From: an uncultured virus (IMG/VR IMGVR_UViG_3300047157_000084) | Lineage: Duplodnaviria > Heunggongvirae > Uroviricota > Caudoviricetes | Strand: one strand, 5' to 3' | DNA: 64,000 nucleotides | IMG/VR virus record: IMGVR_UViG_3300047157_000084 | Part shown: piece by piece, positions 1 through 11,480 of the stretch | How positions within the stretch are numbered: the first letter of the stretch is position 1 | Layout of the letters: each line of letters opens with the position of its first letter | Program-made: the position numbers and the translations under genes | Notes under the pieces: model-generated | What the model was told of the DNA's origin: nothing | The model's database searches: none | Seen by the model: only the letters and a program-made list of their open reading frames with translations

Positions 1-3000
1 ACAAGCCCCTATATTCGCTACAATAGCGGCTACCGGTGGAGTTGGTGGGGCTTTGGGTATAACTAGTAATTTAGGTAGAGCAGGTTTCTCAGCAGCAACT
101 CTAGGCGTTATGACTGGTGGTCAGCAAATAGGCGACATGAATTATCAAGAACAAATATTATTAGGTATGGACATACAGAAATATGGCCAAGACTTAGAAT
201 ATAATAATAAAAACTGGTCCGACATGGAGAAGTTTTTAATAGGTACTGGATATGGTGCTGCTGAAGGAGCTTTAGGTACTATGCCTACAGCTTTGTTGTT
301 GAATAGAGGTTTTGAATTTATAAAAAAAAGAGGTTTAAAAGAAATATTTGATCTAAGATTAAAAGATATTTTAAAACAAGGTAGCGTTGGTGTTGCTACA
401 GAAGCGCCAACAGAAGGTTTAACTCAACTTGTTCAAAATGGTATAATGATAGGTATGGGTGATAAAGATGTAGATCTTTTTGACGGCGTTGGTCATGCTA
501 CATTTTCCGGTGGATTTTTTGGTTTTGGTTTAGGTGGTGGATCTGTTGCTATGGGTATGGCTATGCAAAAGTTTATGCCTAACGAACTTAACAAAGACAT
601 GCAAGAACGTTTTGATCGTTTAGACGATTTGCAGATGAACTACAATAGCTTAGACGGTAGAACATCAGCTGCTAAAGATATAAAACTAGCAATTGAAGCA
701 GAGAAAAAAGGCATAAATGATCAAATGATAATGTTTAACGAGCGCGTTAAAGATGTGTTAGGTGATAAAAAAGTATACGAAGATTTTATAGATGTTTCAA
801 AAACAAAATCTGAAATAAGAGCTAAAGCTCGTAGAATAGCTGAAGATCCAGAGATTGACGACAGGGTTAAACAAAAAATGATAGATAACTTAACTATAGG
901 TTATTTAAATGCCGATACTATTTTAAATCAGATGCTTGGTGAAAACAACCCTAATAGATATTTAGCGTTACAAACCAAAGACCCTAAAAGATATAATAAA
1001 ATACAGGAAAAAGCTAAACTTAATTTAAAAAATCAAGGTTTTGATATAACAGATAAAAAACTAGCTTCAGAAGCTTACGATTTATACCTTAGAGAAGAAA
1101 TTGATATTGACGTAAAAAATACAAAAAAGCTACTTGAACAACTTAATTTAACCGATAGGGTTAATTATACGTTTTGGAATACAGAAGCGGCTGCTAAAGA
1201 AGATGCAAAGAAAAAACTAGACAAAGGAGGTTTAACTCAAGCAGAACAAGATTTTTACGAATCTATATTAGCTTCTAGACCTGGTTCACTGAATGGTATA
1301 TCTACACCTCTTGAAAATGGTAAATACTTGTTGGCTGGTGTTGTAGACACGATGGTTAACAACGAAAGAACACGCACAGCTATGCACGAGTTAGATCATA
1401 TTATAATGTGGGATGCGTTATTAGACAAAGGCAAAGCTAAAGGAAAATGGAAACCTATGGCTGACGCTATAGAAGCTTACTTAAAAGAATATAATCCATC
1501 TTTATATACAAAAATGTTTGTTCCCATAGTTGGTAGAAGTCAGGCTGTAGCTTTGGGTAAAGATGGCAAAGCAGATCCTATGGAAGTTGTAATAAACTTT
1601 ATGGAAAGAATTGAAGAAGTTGATTTAAGTAACAATGGCCAAGCTGGTAATTTATTTGCCTATTGGTTTGGGCAAGAAACTAATAAAGCCATAGGTAAAG
1701 ACATAAATTGGAAAAATACAAACGACGTAGTTACCTTCATAAGGCAAATGGCCGGAAAAATTAAAAATGGGGAATTTACCAGACAGGATTTAGAGAACTT
1801 AAGAAAAAGCGAAATACTTAAAAAAGAAAATTTAGATCAAAAAGATGTTGACAACGCCGCTAAATCAGAAACTTTAGCGTTTGAATCAGTAGAGAAACTA
1901 TGGAATAAAGATACATGGAACAGTTTATCTGAAGAACAAAAAATAGGTATTGCTCAAACAGCTGGTTTGTATTTAGAAAACTATTTAAAGAAAAGAATAG
2001 GTAATATAGTTTCTACAGAAGAAGGGCAAGATGAAAAAAGAGAAATAGAACTTTTAGCTTTAGTAAATAAATTTACAGGGCTTGATACTAGAAAAGAAGA
2101 CATAAAAGATTCTTTTGCTTATAATAGAGGTTTAATAAACTTAATAGCTGGTAAACCTGGTAAGAAAAGTGGTTTTAATCCAGATAAAAACGATTCAATG
2201 ATGGCTTGGGTTAATTCTGAGCTAGGTAACAGATTACTAGAGGTTGCTAAAGGTTCTGGTAAATTTGGTAGATTTGAAAAAAGTATAGATCTTACAACAT
2301 CAGAAGGTGCCCCTGCTTTTCAAGTTGCTTCTACAGACTTAAGTCCAGACGCAATGCAATCAACTTCAGAAGAGTTTAACAAAACTAGACAGATACTAGA
2401 AATATCTGAAACTAACCCTATATATGACAAAACTCTAAAAGTCAATAAAGACGCTTTTCTTAACTTAAAAGATACTAAAGGTAAGACTAAGGGTAAAACT
2501 GTACAAGAACTGCTTACAATTAACCCTAGAAGAGCTAGAACTATTATGCAAGAGTTTGCTACTAAAAATCTTAGAGCAGACGTTACTAGTGTTATAGGTC
2601 CTCAAAAATCACAGAAGTTTAAAGACTTTATAAGAAACGAACAAAAATTACAAACTCTAATTAACTTAGTAGCTGTAAAACATAGATCAAGTTTTCCTTT
2701 CTTTAGCAATGAAGAAGGTAAAATGAGTGTTGGACAGTCCAAGGCAAATATAAGAAGTGATCAAGGTTCTTTTGTTTCAGATGTAAAAGCTGGTAATACA
2801 ATATGGACACCAATACAAATGGCAGACATGTCTAAGTCTGAAAAGTCGGACTTTATTAATGAAGTTGAAAAAGCTTTTGTTGATGGTTTAAAAGTTAAAG
2901 AGTTTGCTGTAGATGGAACTATAGAGTATAACGGAAGAGAAACCGTACATAAAGCATTGAAAGATGCTTTAGCAAACGAACTAATGTTAGATGCTACTTT

Positions 3001-6000
3001 TACAGCAATGAAACTTTCACCTGATTTTAATGCTAGGTTTGAAGGTAATTTAAGTGTTATAGCAGAAAATATAAAAAGAGATCCTAATGTCGCGTTTTCT
3101 CAATCATATTATGAAGCTGTTTATGATGGTAGTGTCAAAAAACTAGCTGATGCGGTTATGAAAAAAGGATACGACTCTGTTTATGATTATAAAGGTAATC
3201 TAAAAGATGAGTACAAGTCTTTTTCTGATTCAGCTGCTGAAATAGTAAAATCAGCATATGAACTAGCTATAATACCAGATGGTAAAGTTGCTAGATTTAT
3301 GACTGAGTTTAAACAAAGCGGTATATTCCCTAAAGGCTTAAAGAAAGCTTTTAATAAAGCTTTAAGTGGTAAATCTGATCTTGAGACAAGAATGAATTTT
3401 GCTATTCAGGCTGAAATATATGCTAAAGAACTAGGTAAAGAAGTTATAGAAATAATGACTCCTGGTAAAGATATAGCTATGTTAGGTTTTATAAATAGAG
3501 TATTAGATCCTGCTGGAAGAAAAGTTGATGAAGTAGCAACATTAAAAAGAAAACAAAAAATAGCAAACGATTTAAACATAACCGTTGAAGAGTTAAACAA
3601 AAGAAAAGAAGGCAAGGGTCTTACTGTTTACAAAAAAGGTGTTACAGGTGATTTTTATAAGTTTCAAAATGGTTTAAAACAAGATTTAAAAGGTACAAAA
3701 TCTGATATACCTTTAGATAAAAACGGTGAACCAATTATAGATTTTAGTAAGATTAGGCTTATGAACACTGGTATATCTGGAGGTTTATTCGCTAGAATAA
3801 ATAAACTGTTAAACGATCCTAAGCTTAACGCGGCGCAGAAGAAAGAAATATATGAAAGAGATTTAATGCAAGAAGTTAAAGACGCTAACATAAATAATAA
3901 ACTTTTATTTAAACATATAGTTAGAAAACTTGTAGATAGCAAGATTAGTGATTTATCTAAAATGCAACTTTTACAGCTACAAACACAAGCTGTTGAAGGT
4001 CTTAGGGCTTTAACAGGTTTAAAATACATAACTTTTACAGACAAACCTATAGGTACTTTGAAAGGCGAGCATTTAGCAGATAATGGTGGAAGTATGATAG
4101 ATATTGGTAAACTATTATTTGAAAGCAAAAAGTTAACAGATGAACAAATAAATAATAGAATAGATGAGATAGCTGAGTATCACGATCAATGGTTAGAAAA
4201 CAGAACTATATTAGATAAACTAATTGATGCTTTTGATACTAATAACCCGTTTAAAGATCTTAGAATATTAATAGTAAAACCAATAGGTAGATTAGGTAAC
4301 GTATTTGCTTTTGATTTAAGACCAGCTGAAACTTTAATAAAAGAAAGAGAAAACGATATTAGAGTAAAACAAGAGATTAGTAAATCTAAAAAAGCTACAG
4401 GCGTGTTACAAGCGGCCAACAGTTTGTCCGCGCCTGCAAAAGGTATAAGTGTTTTTGATTTTGATGATACGTTAGCTAAGTCTAATAGTAAAGTCGGTGT
4501 TACTATGCCTGATGGTACAACTAGAAGAATTAATGCAACTGAGTTTGCCTTAGAGTCTGCTGATTTAGAAGCAGCTGGCGCTAAGTTTAACTTTAGTGAA
4601 TTTAATAAAGTGGTTGAAGGTAAAAAAGGACCTTTAGCTGATCTTGCTTTAAAAAGACAAAATAAATTTGGATCTGGTGATATATTTGTTTTAACGGCTA
4701 GACCACAAGAAGCGGCGTATGCTATACATGCGTTTTTAAAAGGTATAGGCTTAAACATACCTATAGATAATATAACTGGTTTAGAAGATGGTAGACCAGA
4801 AGCTAAAGCTGATTGGATAATAGATAAAGTAAATCAAGGTTACAATAACTTTTATTTTGCTGATGATGCTATTAAAAATATAAAAGCAGTAAAAGACGCT
4901 TTAAAAGATGTTGATGTAAAGGGTAGAGTTGAACTAGCTTTTAGCAAGTCAGAGTTAGAAATAAAGATAAATGAGATAATAGAACACCAAAGTGGTGTAA
5001 ATAAAGATGCTACATATTCTAAAATAGTAGCTGAAAGAAAAGGTATGAACAAAGATAAGTACACTATGTTTTTACCCTCCGTCTGCAGAAGATTTTGAAG
5101 GTTTGCTATATTATCTAGCTGGTAAAGGTGATCAAGGTAGTAAAGATTTAGCTTGGTTGCAAGATAACTTATTTAAACCTTACTTAAAAGCTGTTGACGC
5201 TATTAATATAGCTAAAACCTCTATAGTAACTAACTTTAGAAATCTAAACAAACAATACAAAGGTGTTGGTAAGAAATTAACAACGTTAATGCCAGATGGT
5301 AACTTAACTTATGATCAAGGTATTAGAATATACATATGGAACAAACAAGGTCAAGAAATACCCGGTATATCTAAGAGAGATTTAAATGGCGTTTTAAAAG
5401 AAATAAACAAAGACCCAAGGTTAAAAGAATATGCTGATCAAATACAAATAGTAGGTAGCAATATAGATGGTGTTTATGCACCAGCTAAAGATGGTTGGCA
5501 AATAGGTAGTATATTAGGTGATCTTGATAACTTGTCAAATAAAGTTGGTAGAAAATCATTTTTAAAAGATTGGATAGAAACAAAAGACGCTGTTTTTACA
5601 CCTACTACTTTAACTAAAATAGAGGCTATTTATGGTACTAGATATGTTGAAGCTTTAAAAGACATATTATGGAGAATGGAAAATGGTACCAACAGGCCTA
5701 GTGGTGCTAATAGAGCTACAAACAGTTGGTTAAATTGGATAAATAACTCTGTAGGTACTATAATGTTCTTTAACAGAAGATCAGCGTTATTACAAGGTAT
5801 ATCGTTTATTAACTTTATAAACTGGAACGATAATAACATGTTAAAAGCAGGTTTAGCATATGCTAACCAACCTCAGTTCTGGAAAGACTTTGCTATGATA
5901 TGGAACTCATCTAAATTAAAACAAAGACGTAGAGGTTTAAAAACAGATTTACAGTGGCAAGAAATAGCTAATGCTGCTAAAAACTCTAAAGACAAGTTTA

Positions 6001-7087
6001 ACGCCGCTGTATCTTGGTTATTACAAATAGGTTTTACACCTACACAACTTATGGATAATTTTGCTATTGCAGCGGGTGGTGCTCCTTTTTATAGAAACAG
6101 GGTTAAAACCTATGTTAAACAAGGTATGCCGCTAGCGCAAGCTGAAGCAAAAGCTTTTGATGATTTTTCTGAAATAGCTGAAAAGACACAGCAATCAGGT
6201 GATCCGGCTTTAGTATCTTCAAGAACAAGCTAGTCAACTAGGTAGTTTAGTATTAGCTTTTCAAAACACACCAATGCAGATGGTTAGGTTGCAAAAGAAA
6301 TCTGGTACAATGATAGTTAAAAGACAAAAGTATCCTGATATGTCACAAAGTTTCAAAGTGATTTGACAAATGGGTAAAATAATATACTACGGAGCAATAC
6401 AAAACTTTATATTTACGTTTTTACAAAACGCTATGTTTGCACTTTATTACCAGGTTTTGAAGGTGAAGAAGATGATGATTATGAAAAAAATGCTTAAAGA
6501 AAGAAGAAAAAAAAGCTAGAAAGATAAACAATATGATAGATACTTTATTAAGAGGGTCTGGTATAAAAGGTGCTGTATTGTCTACTTTAAAAAATGTTAT
6601 ACTGCAATATCAAAAGAAGAAGAAAAAGGTTTTAGAGCTGATCATACATATACTTTAATTGAAGCTAGCTAACATATCACCACCTATAGGTTCTAAAGCT
6701 AGAAAACTTATATGGTGCACATCAAACTAAAAAGTTTAATAAAGATGTTATTGAAGAAAGAGGGTTTGAAGTTATGGCTGATGGTAGATTAAATTTAGCA
6801 CCAGCTTATGAAATAATTGGTAACTTATCCTCAGCTACATTAACTTACCTTTAGATAGAGTTGTTAACGAACTTAGAATCATTAGTTAGAAGCTACTGAC
6901 AATAGAAATGCTAACATGGCAAAGAATAGCTTTAGGTTTAGGTTGGAGAACTTGGGATGTTGGTACTAAAAACGAAGAAGAAGATTTAATAAAAATAATA
7001 AATAAAGAATATAAAAAAGAATTAAAAAAGCTTGAAAAGAAAAGTAAATCAAATAAATCAAGTGATGATTTACTGGATTTGCTTTAA
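1..7087 (+). CDS. Giant multidomain virion (internal/ejected, polyvalent-type) protein, 5'-truncated by the window; split by indels near 5080 and 6220 and several in 6230-7050
   Basis: Frame open from base 2 through ORF 53..5098, continued by 5103..6233 and fragments ending ...SDDLLDLL* (TAA 7085-7087). Contains HELDH zincin motif (1385-1399), HAD motifs (4451-4880) and a glycine-rich hydrophobic N-terminal stretch. Confidence 0.7.
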
Positions 7088-7111
7088 ATTAAACACTAAA
7101 CAAGTAATAAT
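7084..7111 (+). promoter_or_regulatory. Putative class II phage promoter TTAAA-N15-GTAATAAT
   Basis: Same bipartite motif and spacing at 28867-28894, 47484-47511 and (minus, N16) 20441-20469, each just upstream of a gene block. Confidence 0.5.
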
Positions 7112-7133
7112 TAAAGATAAACACTCACTAACT

Positions 7134-8330
7134 ATGAAAAAAATATTAATAATACTATGCGCTTTAATTAGCTTCAACGCTAACGCTCAATTTTTTGAAA
7201 ATGTCTACAAAGACTTTTTAAAATACGGTACTATATATGGTGCTGGAGACATTAGTAACTCTGTAGAAGCAACTGAAAATGTTTTCTTTGTTAGAACTGG
7301 TGAAGGTGGAAGTTTATATGACATACCAGTTGTAGTAGACGATACACCCAAGTACCCTTTTGATTACAGGTTTGGTTTTGGTATTAGAAAACTAGCTAGG
7401 TTTGATTACGAAAGAAAACCTAAAAACTTTTACGATGGTACAGAAAATCAATTAGCTTTTTCTGCACCTACATCTGCTTTTAAGGGTTTAGAATATCAAT
7501 TTCATTTTGAAGAAGAAAGATTTAGAGGTGAAGAATATAAAAACCATAGGTTTTTTATAAAACATACGGGTAAATATCACATTGTAAAAGCAGAATCTAG
7601 AGCTGTTGGTAAAATAAACTTGAAGTATCAATCAGCAGAGGTTAGAGCTAGATTACCTATTGGTAATAAATTTAGTATATCAGCAGGTGCAATATATAGA
7701 ACACATGATAGAACTTACGGATATAATCCAATAGAGATATGGTTAAACGAAACCATACAGTATGATTGGAATCCAGGCGTAGATTATCCTGCGAATCCAT
7801 GGTACTCTTTAGGGTATGAATATGGTTTTAGTGATCACTTTACTACGTACACTGATGATGAAACCGGAGAACAAACTCAAGATTGGATATGGAAAGACGA
7901 AGATGGTAATATAGTTGCTTATACAGATCTTGAATTTAGAGAAAATATTTTTACACAGCTAATGAATAGATACAATGGAGAGCAATGGGACTTAATAGAT
8001 CCTTTTGGTGAAATCGCACCTATTGTAGGTTTTGACTACTACCATTATAAAAATAAATTTTGGTTACATGCTTATGGTAATTATATATTACCTTATCACA
8101 AGTACATAAAAGGTGATGAAGCTGTAAGTTATCTTAATAGAAACAACTGGGGTAAAGGTGGTTTAATACAAGATGCTAAACTAGAACAATGGGAGGATTA
8201 TTCAGCTGGTATAAACCTAGGTTGGAAAATGAGTAAACATTTTGGTGTTTTTGTTGAAGGTGAATACTCTAAAGTATGGGATAGTAAGTTATTTAATACT
8301 TCAATTGGATTAAATTATACCTTTAAATAA
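7134..8330 (+). CDS. Putative outer-membrane beta-barrel protein with Sec signal peptide
   Basis: Likely start ATG 7134 (MKKILIILCALISFNANAQ, AxA cleavage site); alternating aromatic/hydrophobic strands; ends IGLNYTFK, resembling a BAM beta-signal. Confidence 0.65.
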   Translation: MKKILIILCALISFNANAQFFENVYKDFLKYGTIYGAGDISNSVEATENVFFVRTGEGGSLYDIPVVVDDTPKYPFDYRFGFGIRKLARFDYERKPKNFYDGTENQLAFSAPTSAFKGLEYQFHFEEERFRGEEYKNHRFFIKHTGKYHIVKAESRAVGKINLKYQSAEVRARLPIGNKFSISAGAIYRTHDRTYGYNPIEIWLNETIQYDWNPGVDYPANPWYSLGYEYGFSDHFTTYTDDETGEQTQDWIWKDEDGNIVAYTDLEFRENIFTQLMNRYNGEQWDLIDPFGEIAPIVGFDYYHYKNKFWLHAYGNYILPYHKYIKGDEAVSYLNRNNWGKGGLIQDAKLEQWEDYSAGINLGWKMSKHFGVFVEGEYSKVWDSKLFNTSIGLNYTFK

Positions 8331-8635
8331 TGGCAGAATTATCAGAAAAATCAGAAGTTAAACTAGACATAAAAACACTAATAGGTATAATAATAGGTAT
8401 TATATCTGTAGCTGGTATATGGTTTGATTTAACAGCAAAGATAAGTAACATAGACACCTCACTTGTTAGATTAGAATATAACCAAACACTAAACGATGAG
8501 TTTAGAATAAAATGGCCTAGAGGTGAAATGGGTGCTTTGCCAGATGATGCTAAGCAAGATTTAAGAATTGAATACCTACAGAAAGATGTAGAAAAACTTA
8601 TAGCAACAATCGAAGAACTAAAAGAGAAAAAATAA
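8330..8635 (+). CDS. Single-TM membrane protein with C-terminal coiled coil (holin/spanin-like)
   Basis: TM segment LIGIIIGIISVAGIWF followed by heptad-like tail; paralogous to next ORF. Confidence 0.55.
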   Translation: MAELSEKSEVKLDIKTLIGIIIGIISVAGIWFDLTAKISNIDTSLVRLEYNQTLNDEFRIKWPRGEMGALPDDAKQDLRIEYLQKDVEKLIATIEELKEKK

Positions 8636-8955
8636 TGGCAAAGAATTTAGATGAAAATTATAAAATAGGTTTAGATATTGACGGTGATGGTAAACCTGAT
8701 TTTGGACTATCATTAAAAACAATAGGAGCATTGATATTTGGCGTTGTATCATTAGCGGGTGTTTGGTTTAGTTTAAAAGCTGATATAGCTTTAGCTATGG
8801 AGATGCCTGAGCCTACTATATCTAAAACAGAGTGGGAGTTAAAAGATGAATTAATTCGTAATACTATAATGGACACGCAAGATGATGTAGAAATGATATT
8901 AGAAAAACTAGATAAACTAGACGAAAGAATATACGAGATACAAAAAAATAGATAA
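8635..8955 (+). CDS. Single-TM membrane protein with C-terminal coiled coil, paralogue of 8330..8635
   Basis: LKTIGALIFGVVSLAGVWFSLKADI aligns with IKTLIGIIIGIISVAGIWFDLTAKI. Confidence 0.55.
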   Translation: MAKNLDENYKIGLDIDGDGKPDFGLSLKTIGALIFGVVSLAGVWFSLKADIALAMEMPEPTISKTEWELKDELIRNTIMDTQDDVEMILEKLDKLDERIYEIQKNR

Positions 8956-8956
8956 C

Positions 8957-9364
8957 ATGAGAAATTTAATTTTATTATTAATTTTAATACCATTCATATC
9001 ATATACACAATCAGACGTGCCAGATGAATACTGGATAGATGATGCTGATTTCGAGCAAAAAATAAGTGGAGGAGCTTTTGATGAAACGGATATAGTTGTT
9101 GTAGAGTTTTGGGCAGAGTTTAATAAAGAAAACTGTTTTAACGAATGGGAACAGTTAGATGTACCTTATTATAGAGTAGATATATCTAAAGCACCACAAG
9201 CAAAGAAAAAATATAGAGTGCGTATGGCACCTACAATTATGATATTTAATCAAGGTTCAAAAGAAAAAGTTTTTAAAGCTGGTTTAGATCTTTTATTACC
9301 TACTGATTTAAATGAAATACAAGAATCAATAATAGAAATAAACAAAGCAAGTAAATTTGAATAA
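8957..9364 (+). CDS. Secreted thioredoxin-fold protein lacking CxxC
   Basis: Signal peptide; VVVEFWAEFN, RVD and MAPTIMIF match the Trx fold, but only one Cys. Confidence 0.6.
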   Translation: MRNLILLLILIPFISYTQSDVPDEYWIDDADFEQKISGGAFDETDIVVVEFWAEFNKENCFNEWEQLDVPYYRVDISKAPQAKKKYRVRMAPTIMIFNQGSKEKVFKAGLDLLLPTDLNEIQESIIEINKASKFE

Positions 9365-9593
9365 AATGAAAAAAATGGTAAAAGTATTTTGGGACTGGGT
9401 GTTTAGCAAGACAACAGTAGATGAAAAGGTTATAGCGGCGGCTAAAGAAACAAAAAAAAGAGTTAAAGCGGTTAAAGAAGAAATGAAAGATGTTGTTAGC
9501 GCTGTAAAAGAAGTTAGCAACCAAGTCGGAGACATAGCAGATGCTGCTAAAGGTAAATCAAGAAAAGGTAGAAAAAAGAAAAATGTTAAGTAA
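9357..9593 (+). CDS. Small basic amphipathic/coiled-coil protein
   Basis: ORF overlapping neighbours within the operon. Confidence 0.45.
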   Translation: MNKMKKMVKVFWDWVFSKTTVDEKVIAAAKETKKRVKAVKEEMKDVVSAVKEVSNQVGDIADAAKGKSRKGRKKKNVK

Positions 9594-10041
9594 ACACGTA
9601 AGTCTACACGAAGGAGTGTATAGCAGAACAGCAGAAAGGCTTGGGATAAAAAACGATCCCACTGATGAACATTTACTAAATATGATAACTATATCAGAAA
9701 AAGTATTTGAACCTCTTAGAAAGCACGTAGGAGGTCCTATAAAGATAAATTCATTTTATCGTGGACCTGAACTTAATAAAGCTATTGGCGGAAGTTCTAA
9801 ATCACAACATTGCAATGGTCAAGCTATTGATATTGATGACACTTTTGGTCACGCTACAAACGCAGTTATGTATCAGTGGATAAAAGAAAACTTAGATTTT
9901 GATCAAATGATATGGGAATTTGGTACTGATGAAAACCCAAACTGGGTACATGTAAGCTATGTGTCTGAAGATAAAAATAGAAACAGATGTTTAAAAGCTT
10001 ATAAAGATGAATTTAATAAAACTAAATACATGGTTATATGA
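9583..10041 (+). CDS. Endolysin, peptidase M15A (Zn D-Ala-D-Ala-type) family
   Basis: INSFYR...LNKAIGGSSKSQHCNGQAIDI and WVHVSY motifs; likely start ATG 9583. Confidence 0.85.
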   Translation: MLSKHVSLHEGVYSRTAERLGIKNDPTDEHLLNMITISEKVFEPLRKHVGGPIKINSFYRGPELNKAIGGSSKSQHCNGQAIDIDDTFGHATNAVMYQWIKENLDFDQMIWEFGTDENPNWVHVSYVSEDKNRNRCLKAYKDEFNKTKYMVI

Positions 10042-10763
10042 AGAAATTAATATTATTATTATTTTTACTATCAGGATGTGCTTCTTTTAAAGTAAGCACC
10101 TTAAATCATGACCAGATATATAGTGTTGAAGGATCTGATGTAGAGGTTAAAGTAATTAATAATAGATTTCAACTTAATAGACTTCTTAGAAAAGATTTTA
10201 AATTTAGATGGAATTTTGCTCAATACGCTATGAACCAACCATATAGTTGGTACATGTCTAATTATAGCTTTAATCGCTGGAACAGATATAATGCGTTTGA
10301 TATTTATTGGAATAGCACTCAATATTGGACCAATTGGGCATTTAACTACCCATTTGGTTATAACTATTGGGGTTATTCACATTCTAATTGGTATAATGGC
10401 CCTTGGAACAACCCTGGTTATAATGTGGTTTGGAACTCAAGTAGAAGAAATAGTATGTCTGAGTTAGATAGACGAGGTATTGCCTCTATGATAGAATCCT
10501 CTAAAAGAAATAACAAAAGAATTATTGCTAATGAAGATAAAATTGATTTAATAGCTAGTAAAATACGTAGTAAAATAAATGCAAAACCTGTTAAAATATA
10601 CAACAACCAAAACAATACTAATATAAGTAACAACAGTAAACCAAGAGTTTACGTTAGACCTATCAATAATACACCAAGAGTATATGTTAGACCTAATAAT
10701 GTTGTTAGAAACGATAGTAGATCAATTGTTAAAATGAATAATAAAGTAATAAAAAATAGATAA
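10038..10763 (+). CDS. Lipoprotein with W/Y/N-rich low-complexity region
   Basis: Lipobox LLSGC after hydrophobic signal; PRVYVRP repeated twice near C-terminus. Confidence 0.65.
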   Translation: MKKLILLLFLLSGCASFKVSTLNHDQIYSVEGSDVEVKVINNRFQLNRLLRKDFKFRWNFAQYAMNQPYSWYMSNYSFNRWNRYNAFDIYWNSTQYWTNWAFNYPFGYNYWGYSHSNWYNGPWNNPGYNVVWNSSRRNSMSELDRRGIASMIESSKRNNKRIIANEDKIDLIASKIRSKINAKPVKIYNNQNNTNISNNSKPRVYVRPINNTPRVYVRPNNVVRNDSRSIVKMNNKVIKNR

Positions 10764-10765
10764 TT

Positions 10766-11023
10766 ATGAGTTACATGAAAAAAATATCAGCATCATGTGC
10801 TGCGCCTACTAAATTTACAAAAGAAGCTTTAGGTAAATTACCCTCAGGAATAGGTGGTAAATTTGGTGATATTGTTGATGAAAAGAAAAAAGAAGCTGGT
10901 TTACTTCAAAAGAGAGGTAAGAAAAAAGGTTTAAAAAACACTTGCTGGAAAGGTTACGAAGCTATTGGTATGAAGAAAAAAGGTGGTAGAAAAGTACCTA
11001 ACTGTGTACCTAAAAAGAAATAA
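10766..11023 (+). CDS. Small basic protein with CWKGY...VPNCVP motif
   Basis: Motif is common in small phage proteins. Confidence 0.55.
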   Translation: MSYMKKISASCAAPTKFTKEALGKLPSGIGGKFGDIVDEKKKEAGLLQKRGKKKGLKNTCWKGYEAIGMKKKGGRKVPNCVPKKK

Positions 11024-11024
11024 T

Positions 11025-11375
11025 ATGACTTGGCTACAAAAACATTTACAAACGTCTAAATCAACTGATTGCCCTGATTGTGGCGACTCGTGTGGTTGTT
11101 CCTCTCCTTTAACTAAAAAGAAAAAACCTGATGTAAGAAAAACTACAAAAGGTAAAGGTCGTAACTTTCGTACTACAAAAGAAGGTGCTGGTATGACTGC
11201 TAAAGGTGTTAAAGCTTATAAAGCAAAAAACCCAGGTAGTAAATTAAAAACAGCTGTAACCGGTAAAGTCAAACCAGGTAGTAAAGCCGCTAAACGTAGA
11301 AAGTCTTTTTGTGCTAGATCAAAAGGTTGGACAGGTGAAAGAGGTAAAGCTGCTAGACGTAGATGGAAATGTTAA
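11025..11375 (+). CDS. Small basic phage protein (RRKSFCAR...RRWKC family) with N-terminal Cys cluster
   Basis: Likely start ATG 11025; Lys/Arg-rich with C-terminal Cys motif. Confidence 0.55.
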   Translation: MTWLQKHLQTSKSTDCPDCGDSCGCSSPLTKKKKPDVRKTTKGKGRNFRTTKEGAGMTAKGVKAYKAKNPGSKLKTAVTGKVKPGSKAAKRRKSFCARSKGWTGERGKAARRRWKC

Positions 11376-11380
11376 TATAA

Positions 11381-11404
11381 AAAGGGAGCCGTTAAGCTCC
11401 CTTT
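11381..11404. terminator. Bidirectional intrinsic terminator between convergent gene blocks
   Basis: AAAGGGAGC-cgttaa-GCTCCCTTT perfect hairpin with A/T runs either side, between + and - arms. Confidence 0.85.
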
Positions 11405-11480
11405 AATTATATGTATAAATTATTTAATTTTTTATACCTATTAGCAATCATATGTATAAAAAAGTCATAACTTTTAGCCT

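Noticed and set aside
4451..4480. DFDD as the catalytic DxDGD/DFDID motif of a crAss-like virion RNA polymerase
   Set aside because: Context is DFDDTL with downstream LTAR, K and DD motifs, i.e. a HAD domain
3406..5839. Antisense ORFs within the giant gene (also 34685..35302 and 36244..36660)
   Set aside because: Shadow ORFs of the strongly biased coding strand with no recognisable motifs
7032..7133. Upstream TTG start given for the beta-barrel ORF
   Set aside because: Overlaps the end of the giant gene; signal peptide begins at ATG 7134
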